The notes under the pieces are model-generated. The model had not been told where the DNA came from. It saw only the letters and a program-made list of their open reading frames with translations, and searched no databases. From contig NC_086377.1 of assembly GCF_036588685.1 (NCBI RefSeq), forward strand, positions 53,878,001 to 53,942,000: a stretch of DNA of 64,000 bases, written 5' to 3'. A program made the translations under genes and the position numbers. The DNA is from Mytilus trossulus (taxonomy: Eukaryota). Each line of letters opens with the position of its first letter. Positions within the stretch are counted from its first letter, which is position 1. Below, piece by piece: positions 1 to 12,669 of the stretch.

Positions 1-600
1 ATTGGGAATAAAATATTCTATTCCTATCTTTGTCCAAAGAAATAATTTTAAATCTGAATATTCAAACATTTCCTTGTAAATGTTTGTATAATTCTGCTTT
101 ACTTGATGTATGATTTTTTTTTTATATTTTCTAAAGACAGAAAAAAAGTATATGTTAGGCAAGAAAGATCCAGCAGGACATTCTTTGGTATTTGAATGGT
201 ATTTGCCTAAGATGCAGATAAAAAAGCCCCCCCCCCCCTTTTAACTATATAAATAAGGAATGAGACAGAGTATAACCCCCTTTTAGAGATGTAACATTGG
301 TTATCTTCCCTTTACACTTTTGGTCTGCAATCATATTCTTTTATGTACAGCCTAAGTAGTGTACAGTAGATTTGTAGAGTTTAAAAAAAAGTACCCTTAT
401 TACCCATATGATAGGATATATTTTCCTGCCTTTAAGGGGTCATTATTTTATGACACCACCCTTTATACTCGAATTACAATTTCTTTTTTTCATATAAATT
501 TTGATATATAGTAAAAATATCAACCACAAATAAAATCAAGCAGCTTTGCTTAGTAGTCTATTTTGTCAATAAAACTTTATCTACATGTGTATATTACAAT

Positions 601-3600
601 TCATTCCTCCAAGTCATTCAGATAGGTTGATGTTGCCTGTATTATTTTTTTTGACTTTGTAACACGAACTTTTGATGGATGTGCACATAGTTCTGTAAAT
701 AGATTCTCTATTCCTTGTTGTCGGTCTCTTTTATGTGCCAGTTGAAGATGGCTTAGACCTAATCCACTACTAGCAATTTTCGTTGCCATACAGTTCGTTA
801 TAGTTTTGCTATTTGTTAGAGGTCTCAGTGTTGTAAGCAAACCTTTTGTACAGTTTCTGTGTTGATACAACTGCATTAGAGATTCATAAGTGCCAGAGAA
901 TTTGGATTTCAATACAAGACTAGGCGATATTTTTTCAAATAAGCGACGTAGAGCAACAACATCTTCCATTGAATCATGAGCGCTATACAGTTCACCAAAT
1001 AAAGTGTTATAAATTTTTGGCTGTGAATATGACGGTTGATTTGGTATACACTCTTTGAAAAGAGGAAGTGTGTCAATAAATCCTTTTACTGATGACATAA
1101 AGTTAATAAGTAGACCATGTTTTTCAAGTGCATTAATTAATATTGGAACATCAAAAATTTTGGAGTTATGCCCAACAAGTACGGTGTTATGAATTTCTTT
1201 CAGAAAGAGAATAAAAGCTGTTAAGGCATTAGAAATTCCAATACTCTGAACTTCTCTATCGTCATGGTACATTTTCCCATTTTGAAACTTCAAACCAGTC
1301 ACTTCTGAGGCTTGGGGTAATATTGGTCTAGCTGGTTTTATGTATCTATTGAATTTAGTGTTTTGGCTGTTGACAGCAGACAACTGTATTATGTGAGAAT
1401 CTCTGCCTGAAATAAAAACAATATAATCTAGAGGTTCAAAGTTACCTGTTAAACAAATTCATTTAGCATTAGTTACCACCTTTTTCAAAATATTGTCATG
1501 AGTTTAGAAGCATCAAATGTCAGTAACAGCAACCCAATTTAGATTTGAAGCTGACCATTTATCCCTGATGCATCTTCATGCAAGGTTGCTTGATTCTACC
1601 AAATATAGTCTAGATGCTAATATATTAACTTGAACATTGAATACAGCAAAAATGTGATGAAGTGTAAAAAGTATGTCACAGTGATCTATGTTGATCAGTT
1701 GCCCACCTCTGTTCTTTCACCCTCCTTCCACATTTTTAACAAGAACTTCTGTTTTGAAAAGTTGGGTTGGCATTAAAGTTCTGTATTAGAAGAATCCTTT
1801 AAATTTCTGTAATTGAAACAATTGTTTTCAAATTTAGCCAATGAAAAAAAACACCAAAAAAACAATGTTTTTGTAGATCTCAAATATATATGACATTGGT
1901 TTTACACTAGTCATTTTTAGGTCCTTTATAGCTTGTTGTCCAGTATGAGCAAAGGCTCCATGTTAAAGACTTAGGTGGAGAGTTGTCACATTGGCATTCA
2001 TACCACGTCTACGCATATCTATATAATAACATTACATGTATGTTTCATTATACATTTGTAACACGTTATTTTAATTGGTTAACAATAATCTCTCATCATT
2101 CTAAAAGTAACCTTTATTTCAAAATGAAATGTAACTTCCTGATGACACTGGCTTTCACAATAAAGTGCACAGGTGAATAGAAGAAAAAACTGGGGAAAAA
2201 AATTCTTTTCATGATCCTTACAAAATAGTATGTTATTATTAATAAATCTTTTTTTTTAGTAATTTTATAGGGTTGTAAAGGCATTTACTGTGAACATATT
2301 TTTAGAATGAAGCAAATCTGTGCTTCTCCAAAAAGTACGTCAGACAATTCTTTTACACCCCAGTAAATCTACAAAAAGAGGTATTCAAATCTTAAATACT
2401 TGGAGCCTTTTGTCATAATAAGTAATCCTTACCAAGTCCTGTTGTTTCAACATCAAAGTATGTCATGCAACTGTCATTCAAGGTCTTTGGTTCCAAAGGA
2501 AGATATTCTGGAGTAATAACTGGTGCAGGAATAGACTGAATATCATCCGATATTGCTGCATCAAGAGAACATCCTGTTTGATAGGAGACACCTTCTCTGA
2601 CTTCTGCAGATGCAAGCTTTTGGTGCCTAAATGAAATAAGATTTATTTCAATTATCAAGAAAAATAGTTACCCAATTTTTATATTTTTTACCATTTGGGT
2701 CTTATGCTATAAATATTAAATATTATTTGTCTTGAAAACTCCCATTTAAGTTATAAAAATATCAAATTTAATTTCAATACAAGCTTTTTACTGATTTTAT
2801 GGAAACGAAAAAAGCAAATATATATATATGGTGTTTCAGTATTAATCTATGAGTTATAAGAGGCTTTTGAGGTTAATTGCTAGAAGATGTACTTTTCAAG
2901 GGTTATTCCACTTTGAAAAATGAGGTTATTCAATAGATGTGGTTTTGTAAAGGTTATTCCACAATGAAAAAATATGGTTTTTCATTGGACATTATTATTT
3001 TTCTTATACACAGGTAAATAAATGGGTTATATTTTGAAATAAAATATACATTAATTACATCTTAGCTTTCTTTTCCAGTCGTTTTCTTTTAAATGCTCTT
3101 GTAGTTGCCAATGCCCTCTGCTTTGATCGCTGATAATCTCTTAATCTGGCAAGGCGCTGAGTATGGTAACCTGGTGAAAGACCCAACTTCTTATTAACCT
3201 GAAAAATGAAAAATAACAAATAAGACTTCATATTTATATAAAACTATTTTTTCTTACAAAAAACAAAATAATAAGAGCTAAGTAAACAGATCTACACTAC
3301 AAGAGCAATTATTCTTTTGAATGCTGACCTACAAAAACAAGACTGAGGTGGTATGTCAGCATTATGTAAAGTTTTCAGATAAGTTCTAATCTTTACAATA
3401 TATGCTGCTTCTACATACAAAGATATTTGCCTTGGATGTTTATTTGAATTTGATGAGCCACAGTCAAAGTCCCATAACTCTTAAAAAGTTGTTGTAATAA
3501 AAAAAGGTTAGGAAATATGCAAATCTGATATGTCTTCAGACAGATGGCCATGGGTGGACACAAGGACACCACAAACACTATGTACTGCCCACTTTTCAAG

Positions 3601-6600
3601 TAGGGGCTCTAATATATATACTGTGGATTCATTTATTTTCGTGTATATCAATTTATGTGGTTTACTGAAAACTTGCAAATTTGTGGATATTTGATTTCAT
3701 GGTTTTTCCAATCTCTGTATACATAGCCTATTACGAATATGTTATTCATGAATAATTTAAATGGTTCACATGTACCCTCGAAACCCACGAATAATAATGA
3801 ATCCAATGTAGTAAAACTTACATTAACTAGGTATCTGTGACCTGTGTTCTTCTGGGCAACACTTGCTGCAACTCTGTAATTCAAATTTCCAGAAGAACTG
3901 TAATGAACATGCTTTGGTGCTTTAGCAGAAACCATTCTGTTGAAACTCTCATTAGCTTGAGTACTTCCGACAGTTGACAATTTAAGGCTGTTCTTAGCAT
4001 ATCCTTCAAAAACACTTTCCAGAGACTTTTGTAGACTTGCACCTGACAGAGGTTTTCCTTGAGGAAATGATTTAAAAACAGACTTTGGATTGCTGAGAAA
4101 TTTACACCATCGACTTAAGCAGCATTGGTGATCGCCAAAAGGATGTTTCGAAAGTGCATTGAGATCTTTTGCTATTTGTTCTGGATTACCTTCACCTTGT
4201 GCTATTATATAGTTAAAGCAACTTTGTAAATATTTGATTATTTTAACTGTTAATACAGGATGATTTTTCTTGAGAGAGTAAAGACTGTTTCCAAGAATCT
4301 TCTTTAAGTGATTTCTATCAGATATCTTTTCAATGCTATTACTGATGTTTGCCCGTACTCGTCCTATTGTTGTTGAATCCTCATCCCCAACTTATGCAGC
4401 TACTGTACAGCCTTTACTCTGTACATCTTTCACCATTTCTATCACCATATCAGCCTCCATCCCCTTTGAACTACCTTCCCAGTTACGGTAGCATGCATGC
4501 TTTCTTGGACTTTCATTTCTGGATTCTGCTCTACTGCAAACTCTGCACTCTTTTGATCTTACGGAGTAGTTTATAATTTTCCCCGTCTCTGGACCAATCA
4601 TAGAACAATGACCTAGTAATCAAAAATAAGTTCTTAAATCAAAACTGTTTATGATATGTATTTATTATGGCAAGCCGTTTTACTATTCATTCTAAAATCA
4701 AGATATCTTATGTAATCTGGTTTTTATAAGATTATCTGAGATATTTTGTTTACTACATATCAAAACAAGATATTTAATAAACATTTTTAATCTTATAAAT
4801 AATATTTATATACTGAAGTCAAGGTCAGATGGCATCTGACAGTTGGACATGTTCACCTTAACTTTTTTCTCAATTGGACACTGAACCATGAAAATATGGT
4901 CAAGGACAATAGACATGTGACAGAAGGAAATTTCTTAACATAAGGCATCTAAATACAGATTATGAACATACAGGTCTTCAATCTTTAAAAATATAAAGCT
5001 TTCAAGAAGAAAATTAACACCACCGCAAATGCCAACTCACTATACCTATTTTTAGCTTTCTGCAACAAAAGTCTCAGGCTTGACAAAAATAAGGAAATGA
5101 GTTATGATCAGCAATAGCCAATACGACAACTATTCATCATTTCCAAATGGCATATTTGTACATGTAGTTAATGCTTGTTTAATTGATATTTGACCTCATA
5201 ACAGTTCATTGACTCAACCTGACTAGAAAGATATAAATATTTGACATGAAAGACCATCGTGTTTTATTTTGTTTCTTGGTGTTATCTGTAATATGATGTT
5301 ATGTCAATGTCTATTTTCATTCTTATAACTGGTGGTGTCTATTTATACCTGTTTTGCTGTCATATGCTCTACCACTTCCTCTTTTCTGCCATCCTGCATC
5401 TACAGCAACCACAAGTGTACCATTCTTTCTGTAATTTATAAAAGTACTAGTAAATAAACTAAACATAATATAAAATGTAACTGGAGATGTCAAAGATTGT
5501 ATGAATCAAATGAAATCGTCAATCGTAGTCAGAAATATATTGTCTTTGTGTCCAAACCCATATTAACCATAAGCATTATTGGATCAAATCATTTAGTCAA
5601 ATTTTAGAAATCTAAATAACTTGAAGTCACATTCCAAATTTTTATAATGAAAACTGAAGGTCTCAGTTACTGAAAAATAAAAATAATTTCTTATTTTTTA
5701 CAGTGCATGAAAAATTTAAATTCAATCAATGCTTATTATAGTGTACTGTTATACCACTGCCCAAGGTTAGGGGGAGGATTAGGATCAAACTAACATGATC
5801 AAAAGCCATCCCCCCACCTATATTAAGTATGTATGTGCCTGTCCCAAGTCAGGAGCCGGTAATTCAGTGGTTGTCATTTGTTTATGTGTTACATATTGGT
5901 TTTCGTAGATTTTTTTTAATGTAAAATAAGGCTGTTTATTTTCTTGTTTGATTTGTTTTACATGGTCATTTCGGGCCTTTTTTAGCTGACTATGCGGTAT
6001 GGGCTTTGCTCATTGTCGAAGGCTGCACAGTGACCTGTAGTTGTTAATTTCTTTGTTATTTTGGTCTCTTGTGGAGAGTTGTCTCATTTGCAACCACATC
6101 TTCTTTTTAATCATTATAATTTAAATTATAAGTATCCCATTGATGAATTTGAGTTAAGTTTAATGTTTCAATTTTTATTTATTTTAGGTACATACTGTTC
6201 TACAGCTGCCAATTCCTTCTCCAGTGCTTCATTTGTTGATTCCTTGGCTACCTCTTCAACAACATTCCCTACTTCTTTCAGTCTTGCACTAACAAGTTTA
6301 TAACTGAATGCTGGAATATTTAGCTCTGATAGGAAACTATTAGCTTGTCTTTCTCCAAGCCCAGAGTGAAGAAGGGCTGTAATAAAATAATCAAAGATAC
6401 AATTATCTAAATAATGATGCAGTACAATTTTGATGAATATTTGCAGACTTTTTGATCTCGCAATGCTGATGATTTTTTTTTAAAATCATTTTTTATAGTT
6501 TTAGAACTATACCAGTTAATTAAAACATAAGAACATGTTTTTTTTTTATTTCCAAGGGGCATAACTCTTTAAAAAAGTTGATATCCCACCATTTTATAAT

Positions 6601-8120
6601 TTATTTCAAGATATTGCTGATATTAACCTAAGAGTTTAAGTTATACAAAAGTCTGGCATGAATCGTACCCCCATAGAGTGCTAACAAGGCCATTTTCCAT
6701 AAATCTAACATTTCCAAGGGGCATAACTCTTTGACAAAAAGTCAATCATCCAGCATTTCAAAACTAGCTCTATAGTATTAGTTTTATAAAAATCTTGCAA
6801 GAACTCTATCTGTTAAAATGCTAGCAAGTTTATATGACCGAATAAATATAATGGCTCAGATATAGTAATGTATGACATAAACTTTAACCAACTAAGTGAA
6901 CCCTGAAAATGTAGGTGATAGTGAAAAAATTTTGCCTGGATGCTGATTGACTATATTTACATGACTGGATAACATTGTGCATTCATGTCCATGTACCTGT
7001 TGCAAGTTTACTGTTGACATCCCATACTCTGTCATGACGCTTTCCAGTAGGAACACTGTTTACATGCATACAAATGGTATTAAAACACTGTACCTGAAGA
7101 AAAAAAATGGTTGATTTTATAAAGAGACAAATGGTTAAACGTCAGTATTTGTATGACAAAAATCTCATCAAAATTAGATGTCATTACTCTCTTCCCATCT
7201 TTTCAATGTTACTTTTTAATGACAAAAAGGCAGACAGAGCTTAAATAGTGAGTAAGTCATGTCATACCGTTACATATACAAAAATGTAGTAACTTCCTCG
7301 GTTTGTTATTAAAATGCTAGAAGCATGTCATATCAAAATCCTTCTTTTTTTTATTATAATGCTTCATTAGGTATGAACATGCATATCAAATTGTCTTTTC
7401 CCATTTCACATTGGAAATTAATTTACATTATACCATTCAAGATTACAGACCCCCGGTTTTTAGTAGTACATGTACATGTTCATGTATTTTGTATATTTAA
7501 TGCTCTCAAATAAAAATATAGTTCTAGCAAATTGTTTAGGTGAGTGTTGCTGAGGTCTTCAATGCATTGAACACAACCAGGGAGTTAGCACTCATCAATT
7601 ACATATATATATATATTGAAAGCACTCATCAATTACATATATATATATTGAAATTAAGTATTGACACTTAGGTTTTAGAATAGGCTTTCTCTGGTTTGAT
7701 TTTCTGAATACTGAACTTTGACCTAAAGATTTGATTCTTGTTAAAACACACATGTTACACAATGTATTCCAATGATGACGACTGATCATTAAAATTCAGG
7801 GCTGTTCTTGAATCATAGATTGAAATTATTTTTGATGGATAGAAAGACAAGCTGAATTCATTCAGAGTGTTTAGACATTTTAGATTTTTTGTTTAAATCT
7901 GAATTACTTACTTTCAGTAGACATCCAAGACCATATGTCTGTATGTCAATAGTATGTCCAAGCTGTAGGGGCAGACCACATTTAAGACATGCTCTTAGAC
8001 CAGTGGCAAGGACATCTAGCTCAACAATTCTTCTCCCTTCTCTCCAGTCTTCAGATGACCTAGTTTGTTTTCCTTCATTAGATACCTCTTCCTCCCTTGT
8101 TGCATTTGAGATGTTTGGAA
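601..8120 (-). pseudogene. Spliced Mutator-like/Kolobok-type DDE transposase fused to a C-terminal DEDDh 3'-5' exonuclease; one in-frame stop
   Basis: Manually spliced, phase-compatible GT-AG exons: 7912-8120, 6997-7093, 6196-6376, 5349-5428, 3822-4612, 3059-3198, 2433-2626, 601-1406. Transposase motifs: VDAGWQKRGSGRAYDS, IGPETGKII..SKECRVC..HACYRNWEGSSKGME, VGDEDS, DRNH, TQANESFN. Exonuclease motifs: YFDVETTGL, GHN..FD, AHDSMEDV. TAA at 4392-4394 lies just before GDEDS. Confidence 0.88.
5745..6105. repeat. Abundant interspersed repeat; related pieces at ~1895-2015, 28230-28430, 40870-41640, 51190-51540 and 58080-58545
   Basis: Shared blocks such as GTGGAGAGTTGTCTCATT, GGCCTTCAAC, GCCTGTCCCAAGTC recur in both orientations. 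Confidence 0.65.
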
Positions 8121-9469
8121 CTGCAATTATAAAAAAACAATAATGAATGCAGGTACAATGTACATGTATACATTTTATATTCATTCATATACATGTATAT
8201 ATAATGTGTATATACTCTGAGTGATGATACTCCACTAGGATGCATTGCCGTCATTTTTGGAATAATTGTGCATTTATTAACCATTACAGTCACATCATTA
8301 TTGGTGTCATTAATCGTAAACATAAATGAATAATAAAAGATACAATGACGGAGAGATCCATATAAGTTCAGGAGTTATTATAATAGACAATACGTATGAA
8401 GGTTTAGTCTTGGGGTATGTCAACATTTTACATGCAACTGTTGTCTTAAATTAAAGTCATATGAAATTTAAAAATAAAACATACAATGTTTCATACAAAA
8501 GTACATGTACAAATGTACATATTTGGAAGGCTTTTCTGTAAATTTATTAAAATGTATGTCCTCCCTCTTTCAATTTGTTTTTGTCAGGTTTTCTTTGTGC
8601 ACTGTGGCAATAAAATAGAATAAAGAAAATTATTTTAAGTCTGGTTACACGATATATATTACAAATATAAGCTTCGTTTTGTTGTCAAACCCTCAAAAGG
8701 AGACTAGTATATATATGTATACATACATTACATATAAACTGTTCAAAAAGTTACAAAATTTCATTGAATTCAAATCAAGAAAGTCAAACCTATAATAAAG
8801 ACCCACCCATATAAAGCCTTGTTATTGGAAGTAGCTTAGTTTTAATAAATTAATCAGAAATTTTTGTTTTTGTTTTTATCATGTTTATTAGAATCAGATG
8901 ATGCAATTTCAAAAGTTTAGGTGTGATACATGTTATGTATTTACAGATTTTAATAGAATATATTTATTATTATGATTATTACTAGCTATTTTTTCAATCA
9001 TGCTCCCCACCCCTAGAAAAATAATTTTAGGCAACATTTCTATTTAAATTCAAAGAGATTTATTTCCTAAACACATATTTTGGTCAGGCAGATGACAAAT
9101 ACAAATATTTTGAATCCAGATTTTCCCCGACAACCTGTGTAAGTATTAAATTTTGATAAAATGATTTGATTGGTAGCATTAACCCCCCCCCCCCCCCCCC
9201 CTGAAGTGAAATTATATATTCCCGTAAGTGATAAATAATTACAATATATCCTGTTTTAAAATGCTGGAGACACGCATAAACGTTGAATAAATGTTCTTAT
9301 GTAAATTTTAACATTTGTACCGGAGCAACAATTTTTTTTTTGGATAGGGAAAGGATGCTTGGATTATCTAGATCTGGCATTAAGAAGGAGTTCAAATTTG
9401 TGCAAGTCATTCGTTCTGCATACTCAGTCAATTCTATGATTTTATTTCCCTGTGTCCTATGCATGTACA

Positions 9470-10131
9470 TCGAATCCAGATCTGTTCACCCAAAAATATG
9501 TTTAAGTCCAATTATGTTTGTCCCTTTCACACCCTACATGTTCGCACCCAAAGTCCTTTTGCACACTTTTTATTGGTTTTGTGATTTATAATAATTTAGT
9601 AATTGAGTCTTGGTATAAAGTATATTGGTATAAATAGTTTTTGTTCATTTCTTCAAAATAAAGTGTTTTTTTTTGTATTGCGATCTTTTATGTTTTTCAT
9701 TTAAATTCTTCAATGTTTTACTCATACCTGTCTACAGTATTAACATAAAAGGAGATAAAAAATAATCATGATTTTCAGGTCTGTTTGCACCCTATACATG
9801 TTCACACCCTACAATGTGTTTCTCATACCTATCTGCAGTATTTATATCAAAGCAAGAGACCAAATTAAGCTTTAACCAATTAACAGCTATCATACATACA
9901 TGTACATAAATAACATTTAATAATTAATCATCATTTGATAAAAAATAAACAACATTTGATACATGTATGTCTCTTATGACACAATTTTATTCTGGAAATA
10001 TATATAATTTTTTTAGGGAATATATATACATATGAAAAAATATATCTAATAATTCAACTGGAATTTCAACAAAAATGGGGTGCAAATATGTAAGGCGCGA
10101 ATGGACGTAGGGCGCAAAGGTGTGTGGTACG
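9470..10131. mobile_element. Degenerate non-autonomous TIR element with subterminal (CACCCTACATGTTCG)-like repeats
   Basis: Motif copies on the left (9525-9550, 9785-9815) are inverted on the right (10077-10130). Confidence 0.45.
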
Positions 10132-10407
10132 TATAGATTATGGTGTTTTCTACACAATGTGACATTGATATTTTAAAATATCAGCCACAAGCCACAAAGT
10201 GAACCTTTTTTACGAGTGAGTGGAGCGAATGATCTAAATGTCAGTGGCGGATCCAGAACTTTTCCTAAAGGGGGGGGGCTCTGACTGACCTAAGAGGGGG
10301 CCTGCTCCAGTCATGCTTCAATAATTCCCTATATAATCAACCAAATTTTTCCCACAAAAGGGGGGGGGGGCTGGGCCCCCCTGGATCCTATGAATGTTTC
10401 TCATTAT

Positions 10408-10810
10408 GTTTGATTGATTGTTGGTTGCTTAACGTCCAGTGGCAAATATTTCATGCATATTCAGGACGAGAACAAGTTCACAATAAATACAATAGAGGCC
10501 ATCTGGGATGATGGTCGGGTAAATTTAGACTGCCACTGGAAAATGAGGGTATATTGGATAGGGACAGAAATTTTGCCTTGCAGCAGGCCACCTACGGACC
10601 CCTCAAAGAGTTGTTGCAAGGGTTCTTAACGTGCAAAGAGCGTGGCACTCCATTTACACGAGGCATCGGATTTAACGTCCCCCTTCTGACCGGACGTGAC
10701 TGCGAACTTGATACATCCCGCACAGCCAAACGGACGCCCCACTTCGGCAAGCGTTTTACTGCCGGTCGGGAGAAGACCAAGTGACCATATTTCTATACCC
10801 CAGCCACCCT
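10408..10810 (-). mobile_element. Meta-domain SINE, full-length copy
   Basis: Core GGGGGACGTTAAATCC..GCACGTTAAGAACCC, (CAAT)n tail, TCATTAT target duplication at 10401-10407 and 10811-10817; six further copies in the window. Confidence 0.8.
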
Positions 10811-11516
10811 TCATTATTATTGTGATTTTTTATTTATTATTTCGAAACTATGGACATTAAAGCGCCGATCGCTTTCGGTTGTCTGCTATTGTTTATATGC
10901 ATTATGTCGAGTGGCTGATATTTTATGATATCGATTTATATTAAAGAAGAAAACTTGATTATCTTTTTATTGTTCTGTTACTGGTCTTTTCCCTCGTCCT
11001 AAGACAGTTTTACACTTGACAAAAGCAAGCTTGATAACATCTCTTGTATTGTGACATCCCTGATAACTTCTCCTTTCACATTGTGACGTGGCTGATAATG
11101 CATGGTCTTGTTTTAAAGCCTTGATAGGAGAATTACAGAGCGACTGAGCAGGGTTATATGGGCATAGGGAAGGACAATGGTTATTGAGCAAAATAGTCCA
11201 AATAATTATTAGGTCTGGCAATGCTATTTTTTTTTTTTGGGACAACCTCATAGGAGGGCGTCCCAGAAAAAAAAAATAGCCTTGCCAGTCATAATTATTT
11301 TGACCAGGCGTGAAACAGACTTGATCCCAGTTCACATCCTGGGGCTAACTTCAACTTTTACAGTTATTTTATAATAAAGATTATGAGAAAGTATTTGATT
11401 TTTAATGAAAAGGACCTTTGAAAGTGGAATTAAAATATGACTTGTCATGCTAGTCCAGGACATTTATTCTTGAAGGCAAATGTTAACCTTACTCAGTTAC
11501 TGGTATTAAAACTCAT

Positions 11517-11642
11517 TAGTCCAAGATTGCTCTGACGTCCAACGGTTTTTTGCCACAACTTGCACAAGCTGGCCAGTGAGGGCCCCTCAGTCCAAGATTT
11601 TCTGGCGAAACAGTCGTTGGATGTAAAAACAATCTAGGACTA
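11517..11642. mobile_element. 126-bp MITE with TAG...CTA termini (Academ-like)
   Basis: Left end TAGTCCAAGATTGCTCTGACGTCCAACG; reverse complement of right end TAGTCCTAGATTGTTTTTACATCCAACG. Confidence 0.55.
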
Positions 11643-11719
11643 ATACTAATCTATATAAAGATTATCTTTATGGTCAACATAATTTTACGTATATAATTTA
11701 TTCATTGTAATATTAAATA

Positions 11720-11901
11720 CTGTAGTTGTAAAACTTGTGTTGATGTTGTCGTGTATTTTTCGGGAATCAAATGGATTACTTACTGGAAAAATAGTTGTGA
11801 TCATTAGAGTAAGTCGATGTTTTGGTCCATCGGGCATGTTGACTCTCCGACACCTTCAGATATCTTTTAGATTTGAAGCCATGCTTACGTATTCTTGTCA
11901 T
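11720..11901 (-). CDS. Tentative first coding exon of the transposase-exonuclease gene (MTRIRKHGFKSKR...NDHNYF)
   Basis: ATG at 11901, about 270 bp inside the element end; basic N-terminus and a DHxY motif. The donor site and phase to the 8120 acceptor are not cleanly resolved. Confidence 0.45.
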
Positions 11902-12172
11902 CACTGCATCTACCAACGTTACGTTACAGCAGACGACTGTTGTTGTTTACAAATGGCGCAGCAAATTAAACGATGTCGTAATCGTGCGATCGCAAAATTA
12001 TTTCCATTAAACAACAATAAAACAACTTTCATTTATAACAAAAGTTTCAATATATTCAATCGTTTAATAAATTTTGTTTTTATTATTTATTTGTACAATA
12101 ATAAGTTTCGTATTTTACCGACAGTTCGAGTTGCGCAGAAAATTCAAATTCGTCAGGTTCATATCTCCTTAA

Positions 12173-12669
12173 TACTAACAAAAAAATATTTTTAATAAAT
12201 TTTGGATTCTTATAAAAGTGTGACAATCTACATTCATTCAAAAATACATTTAATACAACTAAGCCAACATTGTTGGTTATTATCTATCATAGTAATATTT
12301 TCAGCTAATGCTTCTGACAATAAAGCATCTTTAGGTCTATCATTATATAATCTAATCCAGTACTTAACCATTGACATAATAATATCAATATATAATGGAA
12401 AACGGCCTAGCTCACCATACAATGCCAGTTTACATGTTTTTCTATTTACTTGCAGTAGATATCTGCACATACTAAGATTAACCTTTTCAATTGGAATAGT
12501 ATTAAAAATCTGGTCAAACATATTTTCAGTTATATTTATTACATTTTCTGGTGTCAAACATGCCTAAAATTTCAGAAGCATACAGTACAACTGGTTTTAC
12601 AGTATGATCAAATATAAATGTAAAATTTTGAATGTCACAAGGAGTATTTTTAAATATATTAGTTAATTT
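12173..12669 (-). pseudogene. LINE ORF2 fragment (post-RT region)
   Basis: IEKVNLSMCRYLLQV..LALYGELGRFPL..VKYWIRL, homologous to the same region of the LINE at 24219-25199. Confidence 0.8.

Larger units (their letters stand above)
1..12168 (-). mobile_element. Large Kolobok-like DNA transposon; other end lies left of the window
   Basis: Sequence ends ...GGTTCATATCTCC|TTAA (TTAA 12169-12172), i.e. a GG terminus at a TTAA site, and switches abruptly to LINE coding sequence. It encloses the transposase gene. The matching TIR is not in the window. Confidence 0.6.

Noticed and set aside
601-1383. Stand-alone host exonuclease gene (TREX/exuperantia-like)
   Set aside because: The first catalytic D-x-E lies in the upstream exon, which splices in frame from the transposase exons.
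10242-10390. CAGTGGCGGATCC...GGATCC mini-element
   Set aside because: Probably a short MITE, but the right TIR is truncated and no TSD is visible.
10554-10814. Recurrent 60-90 aa ORFs (MVFSRPAVKRLPKWG..., ...GIGFNVPLLTGRD...)
   Set aside because: Chance frames in GC-richer SINE copies; open on both strands and broken differently in each copy.
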